Source: Dimorphilus gyrociliatus
Taxonomy: Eukaryota; Animalia; Annelida
Direction: 5' to 3'
Length of the DNA stretch: 64,000 nt
Assembly (NCBI GenBank): GCA_904063045.1
Contig: CAJFCJ010000008.1
Coordinates: 248,001 to 312,000 of the forward strand
Shown: one piece after another, positions 52,642-64,000 of the stretch
Layout of the letters: the number at the start of each line of letters is the position of its first letter
How positions within the stretch are numbered: the stretch's first letter is position 1
Position numbers and translations under genes: made by a program
Notes under the pieces: model-generated
Told to the model about the DNA's origin: nothing
The model's input: only the letters and a program-made list of their open reading frames with translations
Databases searched by the model: none

Positions 52642-53514
52642 ATGGAACTTGATTCGCCGCCACCTTCCGATAATCACAATAAATCGGTATCCGAAAGGAT
52701 AGATAGTATTAGGGCATTAAGAAGAAAGGTGGATGTGCTAAATAGCAGCATACAAGATAAGATTGGCGATTTGTCAATTGTCAACACTGAAGCTGAACAA
52801 TTTGAGAATCATGCGCTAAGTTCATACGATTACATAAGAGAGACTAACGTAGACGCCGACCAGGTGTTCGATTGTAAAGAATTTGGGACAAAATTTAGGT
52901 CGCACGTTAGAAGTATTTATGGCGAGAATGGACTTTTGGAAAATGGCGGAATTTCAGAAATGGGTTGGAAAAAAATTGGGGAATCTATTGGTAAATATTA
53001 TAAACTATTTTCTGGTAAAAAGTCGTTTGCTGGCTGTCTGGGGGATATCCCACCGGAAAAGAAAAGGCAGAGTCGGTCGCAGATCAGACGAAAAGATAAG
53101 GAGTTGATGATGCTGTCTCAACCAGGGGAAAAGGCTGTGGGATCTGAAAAGAAAGAGGAGACTAGCGCACTAGTTTTGCATGTTCTAAAATGTCTTCGTC
53201 ATAATTATAGAACAAAGAAAAGAGCAATAGGCTTTTACGAATTTGTCGTTGATCCCTTATCATTTGGTCGTACGTTGGAGAACATTTTTTATTTATCTTT
53301 TCTAATTAGGGACAGACATGTAAGGATGTTCCTTAATGCAGACCAGCTCCCTGTAATAAAACCCGTGTCGGAAGAAGAAAGATCAAAATTTGCAGAAGTA
53401 GCCGAAATCGATTCGCTTTCAACTCTCTTTACCGTGACTCATGAAGACTGGACAAAGATAGTGGAAAAATTGGGTATGGAACATAGAAGCTTAATATCCC
53501 GCCCAAAATGCTAA
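52642..53514 (+). CDS. NSMCE4A: SMC5/6 kleisin NSE4 (NSMCE4A/EID3 family), intronless, 290 aa
   Basis: Nse4 C-terminal winged helix: EETSALV...FYEFVVDPLSFGRTLENIFYLSFLIRD...LPVIKP. First ATG in the frame is at 52642. Confidence 0.88.
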   Translation: MELDSPPPSDNHNKSVSERIDSIRALRRKVDVLNSSIQDKIGDLSIVNTEAEQFENHALSSYDYIRETNVDADQVFDCKEFGTKFRSHVRSIYGENGLLENGGISEMGWKKIGESIGKYYKLFSGKKSFAGCLGDIPPEKKRQSRSQIRRKDKELMMLSQPGEKAVGSEKKEETSALVLHVLKCLRHNYRTKKRAIGFYEFVVDPLSFGRTLENIFYLSFLIRDRHVRMFLNADQLPVIKPVSEEERSKFAEVAEIDSLSTLFTVTHEDWTKIVEKLGMEHRSLISRPKC

Positions 53515-53790
53515 TGAGGATTTCTCTCAATTACCCGTTAGACTCTGTATTATTTTTGTACAGATTTCTTTTTATATGGTGTATTTGTTTATATTACTGT
53601 TTATCTCTCTTACGTTTGTACTGACTTTATCAACGAAAGACAAGTAGTAAAAAGATTCTATACTAAGCGGAAGTGAAAGTTCCAAAAAAACGTAGGAGAG
53701 GTCGGTAAACGCTTACCGAATTTCCCCCGGGAGTACGTGTTTTTTTAGACGATCCAGTTCTGTTAAAAAAAATATATAAAAAAAAGCCTG

Positions 53791-53808
53791 GACGCCATCT
53801 GCTGGTGG
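53791..53808 (-). promoter_or_regulatory. CTCF-like site between NSE4 and the TR promoter
   Basis: The minus strand reads CCACCAGCAGATGGCGTC; CCAGCAGATGGCG matches CCASYAGRKGGCR. Confidence 0.6.
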
Positions 53809-54355
53809 TTAAAATTCTGATTATAGTTAGTAAATTGGCGGCTCCTTTCACCATATCTAAGAAAATAAATCAATTAGGAGAAAAAACATATTTTTTCTTC
53901 AGTTAGTACAAAAAAGGAAGAGTTATGTAACAAATTTAAGAATGAAGGCTCCCATTTGTCTCAATAAAAAGGGAAAGTTTACTGATAAATCTCCGTGTTC
54001 AAAAATCTGTCTCTTCCTTTTCCCGAAAGGAAAATAATAAGATTTTAAATAGTATAGGCTTACAAGTGCAAGCGTGATCACTGGTGTTTCTATAGGTAAA
54101 AGCTAAACTTTCCCTGAGTTGAAGTTCTGGTCGAATTTTCCTCTACTTTGTTAAAACACTTTCCACGAAAGGACATAACGCGAAGATACTTTCCCGACAT
54201 CTCTTTATACAAAAGCGGTTTAACCTTTCATACGGTTCGGCAGCATCTACATCTTTCTGCCCAATAGGTGGTTGAATTCGGAGAGTTGGGTTTAACTTTC
54301 GCAGAGAATTCGCATTGGGATAGTGCGGTCTGGTATAGACCCAGTAACCCTTCTT

Positions 54356-54467
54356 ATTGGCTGCAAGCGGTCATCTCGCCATGGCGACGTTGCGTTAGCA
54401 TGACAACCGAGTAGGGTCAGGTCAGGTTAATTACGTAACAGCCCGATGGTCGGAGAATGTTATGTAA
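54356..54467 (+). promoter_or_regulatory. TR proximal promoter module (CCAAT, two X-box-like motifs, DR4, two D-boxes)
   Basis: ATTGG at ~54356; CTCGCCATGGCGAC 54375; GTTAGCATGACAAC 54394; GGGTCA-ggtc-AGGTTA 54414-54429; TTACGTAA 54431; TTATGTAA 54460. Confidence 0.6.
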
Positions 54468-54627
54468 TTTCTCTCTCACCTCCGCCAGTCGCTGCATTTT
54501 GCGATTTGCATTCGATCGGGACACTTTACAACGCTTATAGACGGTGTACTTTTTTTTATAACTACCTCAGTTTTTGTGATTAGACGGGAGAAGTTCACTT
54601 CAGTGTAAAGAGACAATAAACATAAAA

Positions 54628-55084
54628 ATGCATCACTCCCCGGAAAAGTCTTTCGATCAGACGAGATTTTCTTCGTCGTCTAATACTTCTACGCCATCAC
54701 CAGGGAATCCATCTTCCGAAGAAGCATCAAATTCTTTCTTTAGTCCTGGAGCAAATTCTAAAATTGGTATGACTAGTCCGTCTTCATCTAATGGAAAAAT
54801 GAAGAAAAGTAAGTAAATTGAATAGATCTAAAAGGAATAAATTATTAGTATAATTATTACTTTATACTATAAGAATTAAAGTCTCTTCAAGGGGTGCATT
54901 TAAAGGCCTTGTTATCACCCAAAACCATAAAAAAAGAACTAGCTAGCCATAATAAAAAAGAAATTGATGTTAATTTAAACTTTTTTGTTTTTTTAAAAAC
55001 AAAAGAGAAAAAGAAATGAGCAGTTTTTTTTCTATTCTATTTACTTAGTTTTTTTTATAATTTTTTTATAAAGTAGAGAATAGA

Positions 55085-55117
<33 letters not shown>

Positions 55118-58100
55118 AATGTATGGATGTATGTATGGATATATATATATGTGTACATGTCTACATGTTCAATCACATGACTACGTTATGTACTTTGACC
55201 CGAAATTGACCCATAGATATAACTTAACGTGTATCAACAACATGAATTACTTTGTCTAATGGATAAACTATTAATAGAGATACATAAATTCGAAGCATAG
55301 AAACAAAGTACCGTATATAGAATTGTGTACATGTATGTAAACTCATCTTTAGAAATATAAATATATAGGCGTACCACTTTCTTTTAACAAATTGCTAAAG
55401 TAAGAATAATAATACACCTTTTTTTGGTGTGTTAGGTGTTAATTATAGGTTTGTAAATGTCTCCAAATAGGCCGATATCAATATCTGACTAATTGAATGA
55501 AAATTAGGTTTAAACGGATTAATTTTCGTGGAAGCTTCTCTTTTTACGAATATATATTTAAGGTATTTGTTTTGTCATGTATAATACTTGAAATGTGTAA
55601 CTTAATCACGTGACTACAAGACGGTCAGTTGGGCCTATTGTTATTTTTCTAAAGAATCCCGCTTGGGTTTCAGATTTATGTAACAATAGTCACGTGACTA
55701 TTTACACAGTCTGACGACCCGATATTGACCTATTGAGGTAGATTTTACAAATCACCTTTAAATTGCGAATTGATTCTTTCCTTTTTAGAAAAAATAGTTT
55801 CCGTTGAAAAAAAGTAAAAGTAGAAATTCGAAAATTGTATTTATTTTCAGTGCTTGATAATGTATTTATACTAGAAAGTTTGGTTATATTATTTATGTAA
55901 CATGTAAATGCGCTTGAAACGCATGCGCATTGCGTGACGTTGGCATGGCACGCGCAGTCGGACAAGTGCGGTCATTTATTACGCAATCTGTTCTTATGCA
56001 ATCCCCCTATTGTATACGCGTTTCACTGCTAGATGCTTTGTTCCAAGGATGAAGGTTTGTTTATGCCTCCGAGTCTTAAATATATGTAAAACCATTTAAT
56101 AAGTGATTTTTTATTGTATAGTTGAGAAAGTTGTCCGCGCAATGAGTACTGTATTCTTAATTTGTCTCCCCTTTCTTTAAATAACCTACTATTGCTAACA
56201 TAGTAACAAAATCTGTGAGTAAGGAGAATTTTTAGGGCGTAATTGATGACGCAGCCTGGGAAAATGCAAGTTCATGCAAAACTCCACAACATTAGTGGGA
56301 ACAGGTTACGTAACTGACTGAGTGAGTAAGCGGCAATTGCATAAAATTGAGGTCATACGAAGGACACGCATAATCGCCTTTAGCCCCGAACATTTTCCAT
56401 GCGACGCATATGTTAATGATTAACCTTAATTAGTCTGTCATAAAATATACATTTCAACGATAGTCGAATGAAACAAAAATGAGCATCGCAAACTGCAGAT
56501 GTTCCAACATCCAGCTGAGAGTTTTTGACCGTTTGTGCACCTGGCATAGTAAAGACAGTTATAATTAGGCTTGCGTAATCGTCCAGGTGTGTCCGCAATA
56601 CGTACTTAGATGGCACGTTTAAAAAAAATCCCTTTTGCTATTTTTGTAACACAAAGATAAATCACCGCTCCGACTTTCCTTTCTTTACCAAGCTTTTTTA
56701 TAAAGTTTACTTATAACTTTCTCTGAGTGCCTTTTTCTTTTTACCTCTAACAATAGAGTTTAATTTAACGGAATAATGTAAGAATTATTCGCTTGTTAAG
56801 TAATTCGTCATTAACTCCTGTAAACCATATGGCTAGAAGTGAACACAAAGAAAGAGCAAAAGAAGCAAATCGTTAGCCCTTTCTCTCCTTAATAAAAAAA
56901 GGTATTAAAAGTTAAAAGGGAAATATGCAAGCAATTTTTATTAGACCCTTACGTTACGTAAGTATTATGTAATTTATATCGATTAGTGAAATTCCCTTCC
57001 ATAGGAAAAGAAGTTATGTAATTTTATACGTTAAAAATGAAGTTAAAACACGAATATCCTTCTATTGAGAACTTTGCCGACTTTTCCCTAGTTTTTTCAT
57101 AAACAAATTAAAATCAATTAAGTAGATTAATAGTCCGAAAAAAAATAAGTTGAGACGTGCGGTTTCGCTGATAAGGCTGACACCCTTTGTTGCTCTTTGA
57201 GCATAATTGCCCTACTCGTCTTTCCTTTATTGAATAAAGACTTCTTCCAAGTCAAAACAATTAATAAGATAACAATTAAATATCCGCTTTCGTTGTTATT
57301 ATCTTATTAATAAAAAAAAATTCAATAAATATCGCTTTGTTTGTTCGAAAGAGAGAGATTTGTGATTAAAAGTTTGTCTTTATCAATAATTCTTTTGTTT
57401 TTATGGTTGCTTACTTATTTACAGACGCCCCTTATATTCCAAGTTATATGGACTTGACAAATGGTCCGGAACCGTGTGTTGTTTGTGGAGACGCGGCAAC
57501 GGGTTATCATTATCGGTGTATGACATGCGAAGGTTGCAAAGGTTTCTTCAGAAGAACAATACAAAAGAATTTACAATATCACTGCAAATGGAACGGTCAA
57601 TGCTCGATAGATAAAAATACGAGAAATCAGTGCCAGCAATGTAGATTTCAAAAGTGTATTAGGGTTGGAATGGCTACAGACTGTAAGTTATTTAATTATT
57701 TCCTTTAATTAAGATGGTTTTTAATTGAAAAAGTTACCATTTCCTGTGTTTTCCATCACACAGTAGTCTTAAACGAGAAACAAAGAGTCGCTAAACGCAA
57801 ACTGATCGAAGATAATAGGGAAAGAAGGCGGCAAGAACAAGTAAGTTTTTGATGACCGTTTGCTATACAAATAACTATTAGTTTTCTCGTTTCTTAAAAT
57901 AGACAGTACAAAGCACTCGAGTTAAACAGCAGCACGAAAATTGTATTCACGACTGTTTGACAAATGAAGATAAGATCTTGATTGCCGAAATAATGAAGGC
58001 CTATTCACAGACTAATACTTCTCAGAATTATATAATAGTAAGTTAACCAAATAAGATTTAAGGATCTATACCTTATATTTAATGACTCTGAACAATCATT

Positions 58101-59051
58101 CATGAACTTTTAGCCCGAAAGAGAAATTCTCGGAAGGGAGAGGATGGGCTCAGCCGATCCAAAATTATGGAAACATCTTGCCGAAGTAATGACCCCTTCA
58201 ATCATTAGAGTAGTTGAATTCGCAAAAAAATTACCCGGTTTTAATCAATTGGATTTGGACGATCAAATCCTGTTGTTAAAGTCTTCCTGTATGGAAATTA
58301 TGTGCCTAAGGGCGGCATATAAGTATGATGTACGAAATGGATTGTCAATAATGGACGGTGAAAAGGTAAGTTTTATAAGAATTATATATAAATATATTGT
58401 TTGATATACATTTTGTTACATTCTAATTTTAATTTGAACTTTTAAACTATTTCAGGATAGCGGTTTTACTCTACTTATTGAACCTATAAGAGAATTTGCA
58501 ATCGGCCTGTCTAAATTACAGCTGGATGATACAGAAGTGGCACTTTTAGCTGCTGTTTTGCTAATGCAAGCAGGTAAATATTTTTCTTTGTTAAACCCTA
58601 TTTAAATATTTTATTTGATATTTTAATTAATTTTCTCTTTATCTTGTCAGATCGTTCTGGTTTGAAGAACCAAGAAGAAGTTGAATCAATACAAGATTCC
58701 ATTTTAGGAGCGTATAAACGTTATATATCAGAAAAAAGACCTCATCAACCAATCCATTGGGCAAAGGTTTTAATGAAGGTATAGCTAATTGGAAGTTACT
58801 TAAAAATTTATCTAACTATTCTCTTGTTTTCTATTCTTTAGATTACAGACTTGAGATCCATAACATCAAAACATGCCGAAAAAATTATGAATATCAAATT
58901 AGATCAAGCTTTTACAATGCCTCAACAAGTTGCAAATGTTTTCGAAGGTGCTACCAGTGTTGAAGTTACAAGTGACTATCTTCCGTCTTATCCTAGTTGG
59001 CCTTTAATGCCGTTACACCACGTTGTTCCAAACATGACTTCCAAAAGCTGA
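54628..59051 (+). CDS. THR: Thyroid hormone receptor (NR1A), 452 aa
   Basis: Exons 54628-54808, 57425-57682, 57764-57840, 57903-58037, 58114-58365, 58456-58573, 58651-58778, 58842-59051. TR signatures [75 protein letters not shown] and ITDLR. Confidence 0.95.
55174..56366. promoter_or_regulatory. TR intron-1 enhancer cluster (E-boxes, DR5 elements, D-boxes)
   Basis: E-boxes with TCACRTGAC flanks: CACATG at 55174 and CACGTG at 55607 and 55691. DR5 elements at 55196-55212, 55715-55731 and 56350-56366. TTAYGTAA at 55676, 55893 and 56306. Confidence 0.6.
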
Positions 59052-60368
59052 TTTGTCTTTCTCAAACTCTGTCTCTCTCTCTTTCTCTCTCTGTCTGTGT
59101 CTCTCCTTTCTATCCCTTTCTATCTATTTCTATCTATTTTTCCATGCATATGTTTGTGACGTTTTTTAAAAAATAATTTTTTAATACGAAAAGGAAGAAA
59201 CAAGAAATAAAATTTGCACAGAGCTTCGTTTTTGTAACAAAGGAGAAATTTGTCTCTTTCTTTCCAAATTACTGATGTAGTACGCCATCTATCGGATTTT
59301 TGACAAAGCAAGCACCATTCGTTTACGGTTAATACAGACAAGCTATAAGGGATTACAGTAGTAGTTTATTCTGCGATAATTTGACGAAAGTAGCTGATTT
59401 ATGTTTAATAAATTTCATCATTAAAATATAGCTTGAAATGAAAAATAAAGTTTAATTATAGGATAATCGGTTCTCACTCGGTCACTGGGGCATTTTTTAT
59501 TACATTAACAATCATATGGGATAGAAATGATACTTATTCCGATATAATTGGAAGGTGGAAGAGTCATTAAGGATACTTGAAGCCATATTATAAATATACG
59601 CTTATTCGTGAGTCTTTCTTTGTCTAAGGGTAATTAATCGATTATTTATAAGTTAAATACAGACAATTGAACAAAAGAAACAAAAGGGAGTATTTAGTTT
59701 ATATATACAGAATATAAGAACATATATTTGTAGAATGTTTAAGTAGCAATAGATTATAAATAGCTATATATACCTATAAATTTACTATCTATATTTTATT
59801 AAAAAGCTATAATAGAGTAAATTATTAAAAAATGCTAATTATTAATTTGTTCTATATTTATTGGCGGGGGAGTTTCGAAAAGCAGCTACAGACATTATTC
59901 ATGAATGATATTTAATAAAAAATTATCAATTAAAAAACTTTTACAAACGAAAAAACATAATTTTAATGAAACGAATAGAGAACAAAAAAAAAGTTATAAT
60001 AATAAAGAAAAAACAAACAAATATCTCTTTTTTTTTTATCATATAAACTTTAAAACTGTACCAGACTAGTTACAAGACTGGAATGTGGCGCAACACAAAA
60101 AAGCACATAATATCTTATAACTTTTTTTTTTTCCTTTTAAGATGGTTTGTTAGTTTTTTTTAATTTTTAAATAGACGTTTAGCACCAGCATAAGCCTGAA
60201 AAATCATTCAATAAATTAACCTATTAACATAAAGAGTCTTTTTTTGCCGTTTTTTTCCTTTTTGTTATAATATGTATATATAAAAAAGAACAACAATAGA
60301 GATCCATAAAGACACAGTCTGTATTTGCTTGATGTCTCTATTTTATAGTTTTTCCTTTTCTTTTATTG

Positions 60369-60826
60369 TTAGACCTTTGTTTCTGAATATGAAAAGTCGG
60401 AGAGTAATGTTTCCGGTTTGGCTGTGGATCCATCGGGAGCCATTCGAACGTGAACGTGTCTTCCTCTCCCCTTACTTGGAACACGGACTAAATCTTCGTC
60501 GGTCTCGTAATCCGTATCGTCAACGTTTCTTTTCTTTGTTGTAGCTGTTGGTGGATTAGATACTATATAGATTAACTTGACTGAGAAGATTCGACGACTC
60601 TTGAAGAACTTGAAAGAAATGGTGCCAAGTAGATGGGATAGTAACATTGATGCAATGAGAGCGCAAAGTACATGACCGCAAACGACGGCCATCCTTAGAA
60701 GACCAGATGCAATTTCCGATATATCATTAGAGACGCTGGAGGCATACTTGTCTTTGAGGAGTCCTAATTCGTAAGAGTATATGTAAAATTGATGTTGATG
60801 AATATCATAGAATACTATATAAGCTG

Positions 60827-60860
<34 letters not shown>

Positions 60861-63800
60861 GAGTACAAACCTGAATAAAATTTAGGCCGTATTGGTATAA
60901 ATTTACAGGGTATAATCTGAATATCTAAGATAGTTTCGTCAACTTGAATATCGCAAGGATCTTCTTCATGCAAGGATTTCTTTCTTATTGCACAAGCTTC
61001 TTTTAAATAATTTTGACTTCTTCTACGTTTTTCACCGTTAAAAAAGGAAAGAAAAGTCTGCAAGTGAACTAGTTCGTTACGCGCTTGTTCTTCAAAAACG
61101 GGAAGGGTGACGTTGTTAAAATGAACAGCCTGTTGTTTTATGTAATTATTGGTCTCATTTGCTCTCACTCTTAACGAAGCAGTTAGAACTTCGGTATGAT
61201 CAAAGAATTCAGCAGTAAATAGAGGCCTAGTCGATCGAACCGCAAAGTGGATTAGGGTCAATAGAGCGATAGCTATTAATATTTTTGGCAAAAGAGGATG
61301 CTGAATCATTTTGGCAGTCTTCGAACGCCACCTAATTTTTCTGCGTGGTGGTTTCTTCGGAGCCGAGTTCAAAGCTACAGAATGCGCTGGTATATCGATT
61401 TGCTTATATCGGTCATCAACATTTTCGTTAGTTTTTTCTGGGAACGTGCTTAGTCTCTCCGTAACTTCGAACCCTTTGCACATTGACTTTAAGTATAATA
61501 CTGTTCTTGTTAGTCTGTATAGTATTATAAATAGATCCATAACAAAGAAGACTATTTTAAGCGTGCCAAGATGCAACGAATCTTTTAATTCATTTAGGCT
61601 GATAGTTTCCTGTGGAAAAACGAATAATTAATAATTCACGATTAATTACGTAATTTCCTCCGTAAATACCTTATCCAAGTAAGATTCCCCTTCGTTTGGA
61701 ACGACAAACTTATATTCATAGCCGTTAGAGTTCATTCCTTTCATTGACTTTTTCGGTAATTTTTCAGAGAAAAATCTCACAGAGTCCAATTGGTGACGAG
61801 GAGTTTTAGACCCTCCAGGACCGGGACATTTATTAAATTTTGGCAATGGTAAACGCTTACGAACTGGTAATGATTTATTGAACATCTGCCAAAATTGAAG
61901 TGGCCACAGTTGGGCATTTTGGACTTCTTCTATGTTTAAAAAAGAGGCAAAATCGACCTCTTTTCCCCGGAGGTATTCATTCTTTCGAAATGCCTTTGGC
62001 CTCTCGTTTGAATATCTAGATTTATTGAATAAGTCGGCCGCGGTTTTAGTCCAATTACTATGATAAATTTTTTTCAAATATTGCCGATATCTAAAGAAAG
62101 TCTTTGATAGATGATTATTTAATTCTTCTTTGTAGAGTTCAGAAAATTCCGTTACATTCTTGCTATATGCGTACATTGCGTAATCGATATGACTCCTCAT
62201 TAAGTGACTAATTGTAGGATCGTTTGATTTTTTATCAACATCTTTCCTAAGAGAGTCAAATAACTCTTCAACATAGACGGAGCAGGAACTTTGCATTGAG
62301 GTAACTAACTTAACTTGTTGTATGAGTTCGTTCTCGCCAAATTCATCGATTTTTAGCACTCTTCTTCTCGTTTCATTACCTCTATTTGTCTGATTGCGGA
62401 AGGCTGCTTCCACACCCTTAAAATCACTTGATAGTATATAGCTTAGTACTGTATAAAGTACTGTAAATGTAAAAATGAAAGTGTAGAGCATTTTAAAGAC
62501 GCCATACGTAACTATAATCAATATTTGTGATTTGCTCAAACCGTTCCAATGACCGCAGCTGGTCGATGAACTGTCTATTGAATGAGTATCTGCTGAAGGG
62601 ATTCGAGTTGAGGGCCCTTTAGGATTTTTTCGAGTACAATCCAAGTAACAAAACACGCTAACGGATAAGAGAGCCAAAACCCCACAGACACTAGACAAGA
62701 TAATAAGGGCAACTAAATGTGGCATATCCGGTTCCTTAAGTGTCACTTTTTCCCTCTTTGCTATATATTTTGGATGTTCGATCACCATTCTTGTTAGAAA
62801 AATTGAATAGTTCTTGTACGGATCTTCCAGTTGAACATCGTATGTCCTTGACTTTAAATACATAAAATTCGGGACACTAAAAGAAATATTAAAAGTTGGT
62901 TTTGGAGCACAACCAACTAATAAATCGATTTTATATAATTCTTCAGGTCCTCCCCCTCGTCTACTATTTGCTCTTTTCTTCCTGTCGTTAACTCTAACTT
63001 GCATATAACCAGGACAATCGCTCATGCGGCCAGTGATGTTAATTACCCAAATAGCTTCGTCCCTTGTCAACGTTAAAGAAGCTTTAAGCGTCTCGTCGAC
63101 AATCAGGTGAGGACCATTTTTAAAGTACCACTTGAAAAGGCTTTGATTACCTGGCATAATAAATTTGACAGAGGGAAGAGGGTTATTGCGTTTAATATCA
63201 TATTCGAAAGGTTTGTCAATTTGACTTTCCGAATGAGATTTTATAGTAACGTTAACGTCTATATAATCTTTCTCGTCTCCTAAATCGCCCGTATAATACG
63301 GTATAAATTTTGATGTATTTTTATTACAACTATCCGAATTCCTTCCAGAGAACCATTTAGAAGTACTAAATAGGGAAAAAAGAATTTTATTAATAAAATT
63401 TTATTGATATCTCTTCAAAATGGGCTAGAAAATTCAATTACCTATAAGCGAATGGTTCCTCAAATTGCACGTATGTTAAAAAGCTATTATCAGTTGGCAT
63501 TTTCTCGATTTTGAATGGTCTATTCTTCTTAACTTTCTTTTTATAGGGAAATAATTTGTATGAAATTGGTTTTCCCGTTGGATCGTTATAAATATCGAGG
63601 ATAAAATCTTTCTCCATTTTTAAATTTGTCGTATGTTTAACAGTTAGAAAATCTGTTGTGTAGCTTCCATGAGTAAGAAAATCTAAGCCTTTACTTTTAA
63701 TTTCTTTATATCTTCTTTCAGAACGATAATTTAGGCTTTCAACTTCAATTTCATAAAATAGTTTGTAAAGTATTTCCGGTTCTTTGCTTTTTATATGACA

Positions 63801-64000
63801 TTTAACATGATAATTACGAGTACCAGTTCGAAAATCAGCTTCGAATGCTGGTTGAAGTGTAAATGTATAAGCAGAGCCAGTTATACAGTTAATTGGTGCA
63901 TTGGTACATTCAGGCTTAACAGCTTCTTTGCAATCTTTCAACGTATAACAGCCGATGTAATCATCTGTTGCGCAACACTCTTGATTCGGTCTACCCCGTC
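60369..64000 (-). CDS. Large uncharacterised five-pass membrane protein (>1148 aa, 5' end outside the window)
   Basis: Exons >64000-63442, 63365-61670, 61609-60871 and 60823-60369 join in frame. Long Cys-containing N-terminal region and five hydrophobic segments (LVALIILSSVCGVLALLSVSVFC; ILIIVTYGVFKMLYTFIFTFTVL; LKIVFFVMDLFIILY; LLPKILIAIALLTLIHF; VVCGHVLCALIASMLLSHLLGTISF). Confidence 0.85.

Noticed and set aside
61311-61631. Antisense and shadow ORFs over real genes (also 21480-21752, 28663-28899, 29446-29667, 38408-38656, 46839-47075, 60329-60544)
   Set aside because: Explained by codon structure on the opposite strand or in an alternate frame of well-supported CDSs.

Overview
AT-rich eukaryotic (animal) genomic DNA with very short spliceosomal introns (many 47-75 nt). 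The gene content (PTF1A, a protostome-type thyroid hormone receptor, an ESE-type ETS factor) fits a compact lophotrochozoan genome. A miniaturised annelid such as Dimorphilus would fit, but the species cannot be proven from sequence alone. I saw no prokaryotic features, CRISPR array, tRNA/rRNA or intact transposase. The first ~21 kb is a near gene-free stretch 3' of PTF1A, holding only orphan exons at 8.3-8.9 kb. From 21 to 64 kb the genes, with exons assembled by hand and checked for reading-frame consistency, are: PTF1A(-), a UBZ-finger protein(-), TBC1D12/14(+), KLF10/11(+), SLC52 riboflavin transporter(+), RAD51C(+), ESE-type ETS(+), MLST8(-), TTC12(+), NSE4(+), thyroid hormone receptor(+) and a large uncharacterised five-TM protein(-, 5'-truncated). 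The strongest leads are five. (1) The TR locus carries a dense cis-regulatory cassette (DR4, three DR5, nine D-boxes, repeated E-boxes), while its LBD has lost the AF-2 glutamate and the helix-6 segment. (2) RAD51C appears to lack its catalytic glutamate and has an altered Walker A. (3) The single MLST8 intron is bracketed by a 12-bp perfect inverted repeat that supplies its acceptor. (4) A ChoRE-like 11-bp-phased E-box array lies upstream of KLF10/11. (5) CTCF-like motifs recur at gene boundaries. All motif and function claims are predictions from manual reading; no database search was run.
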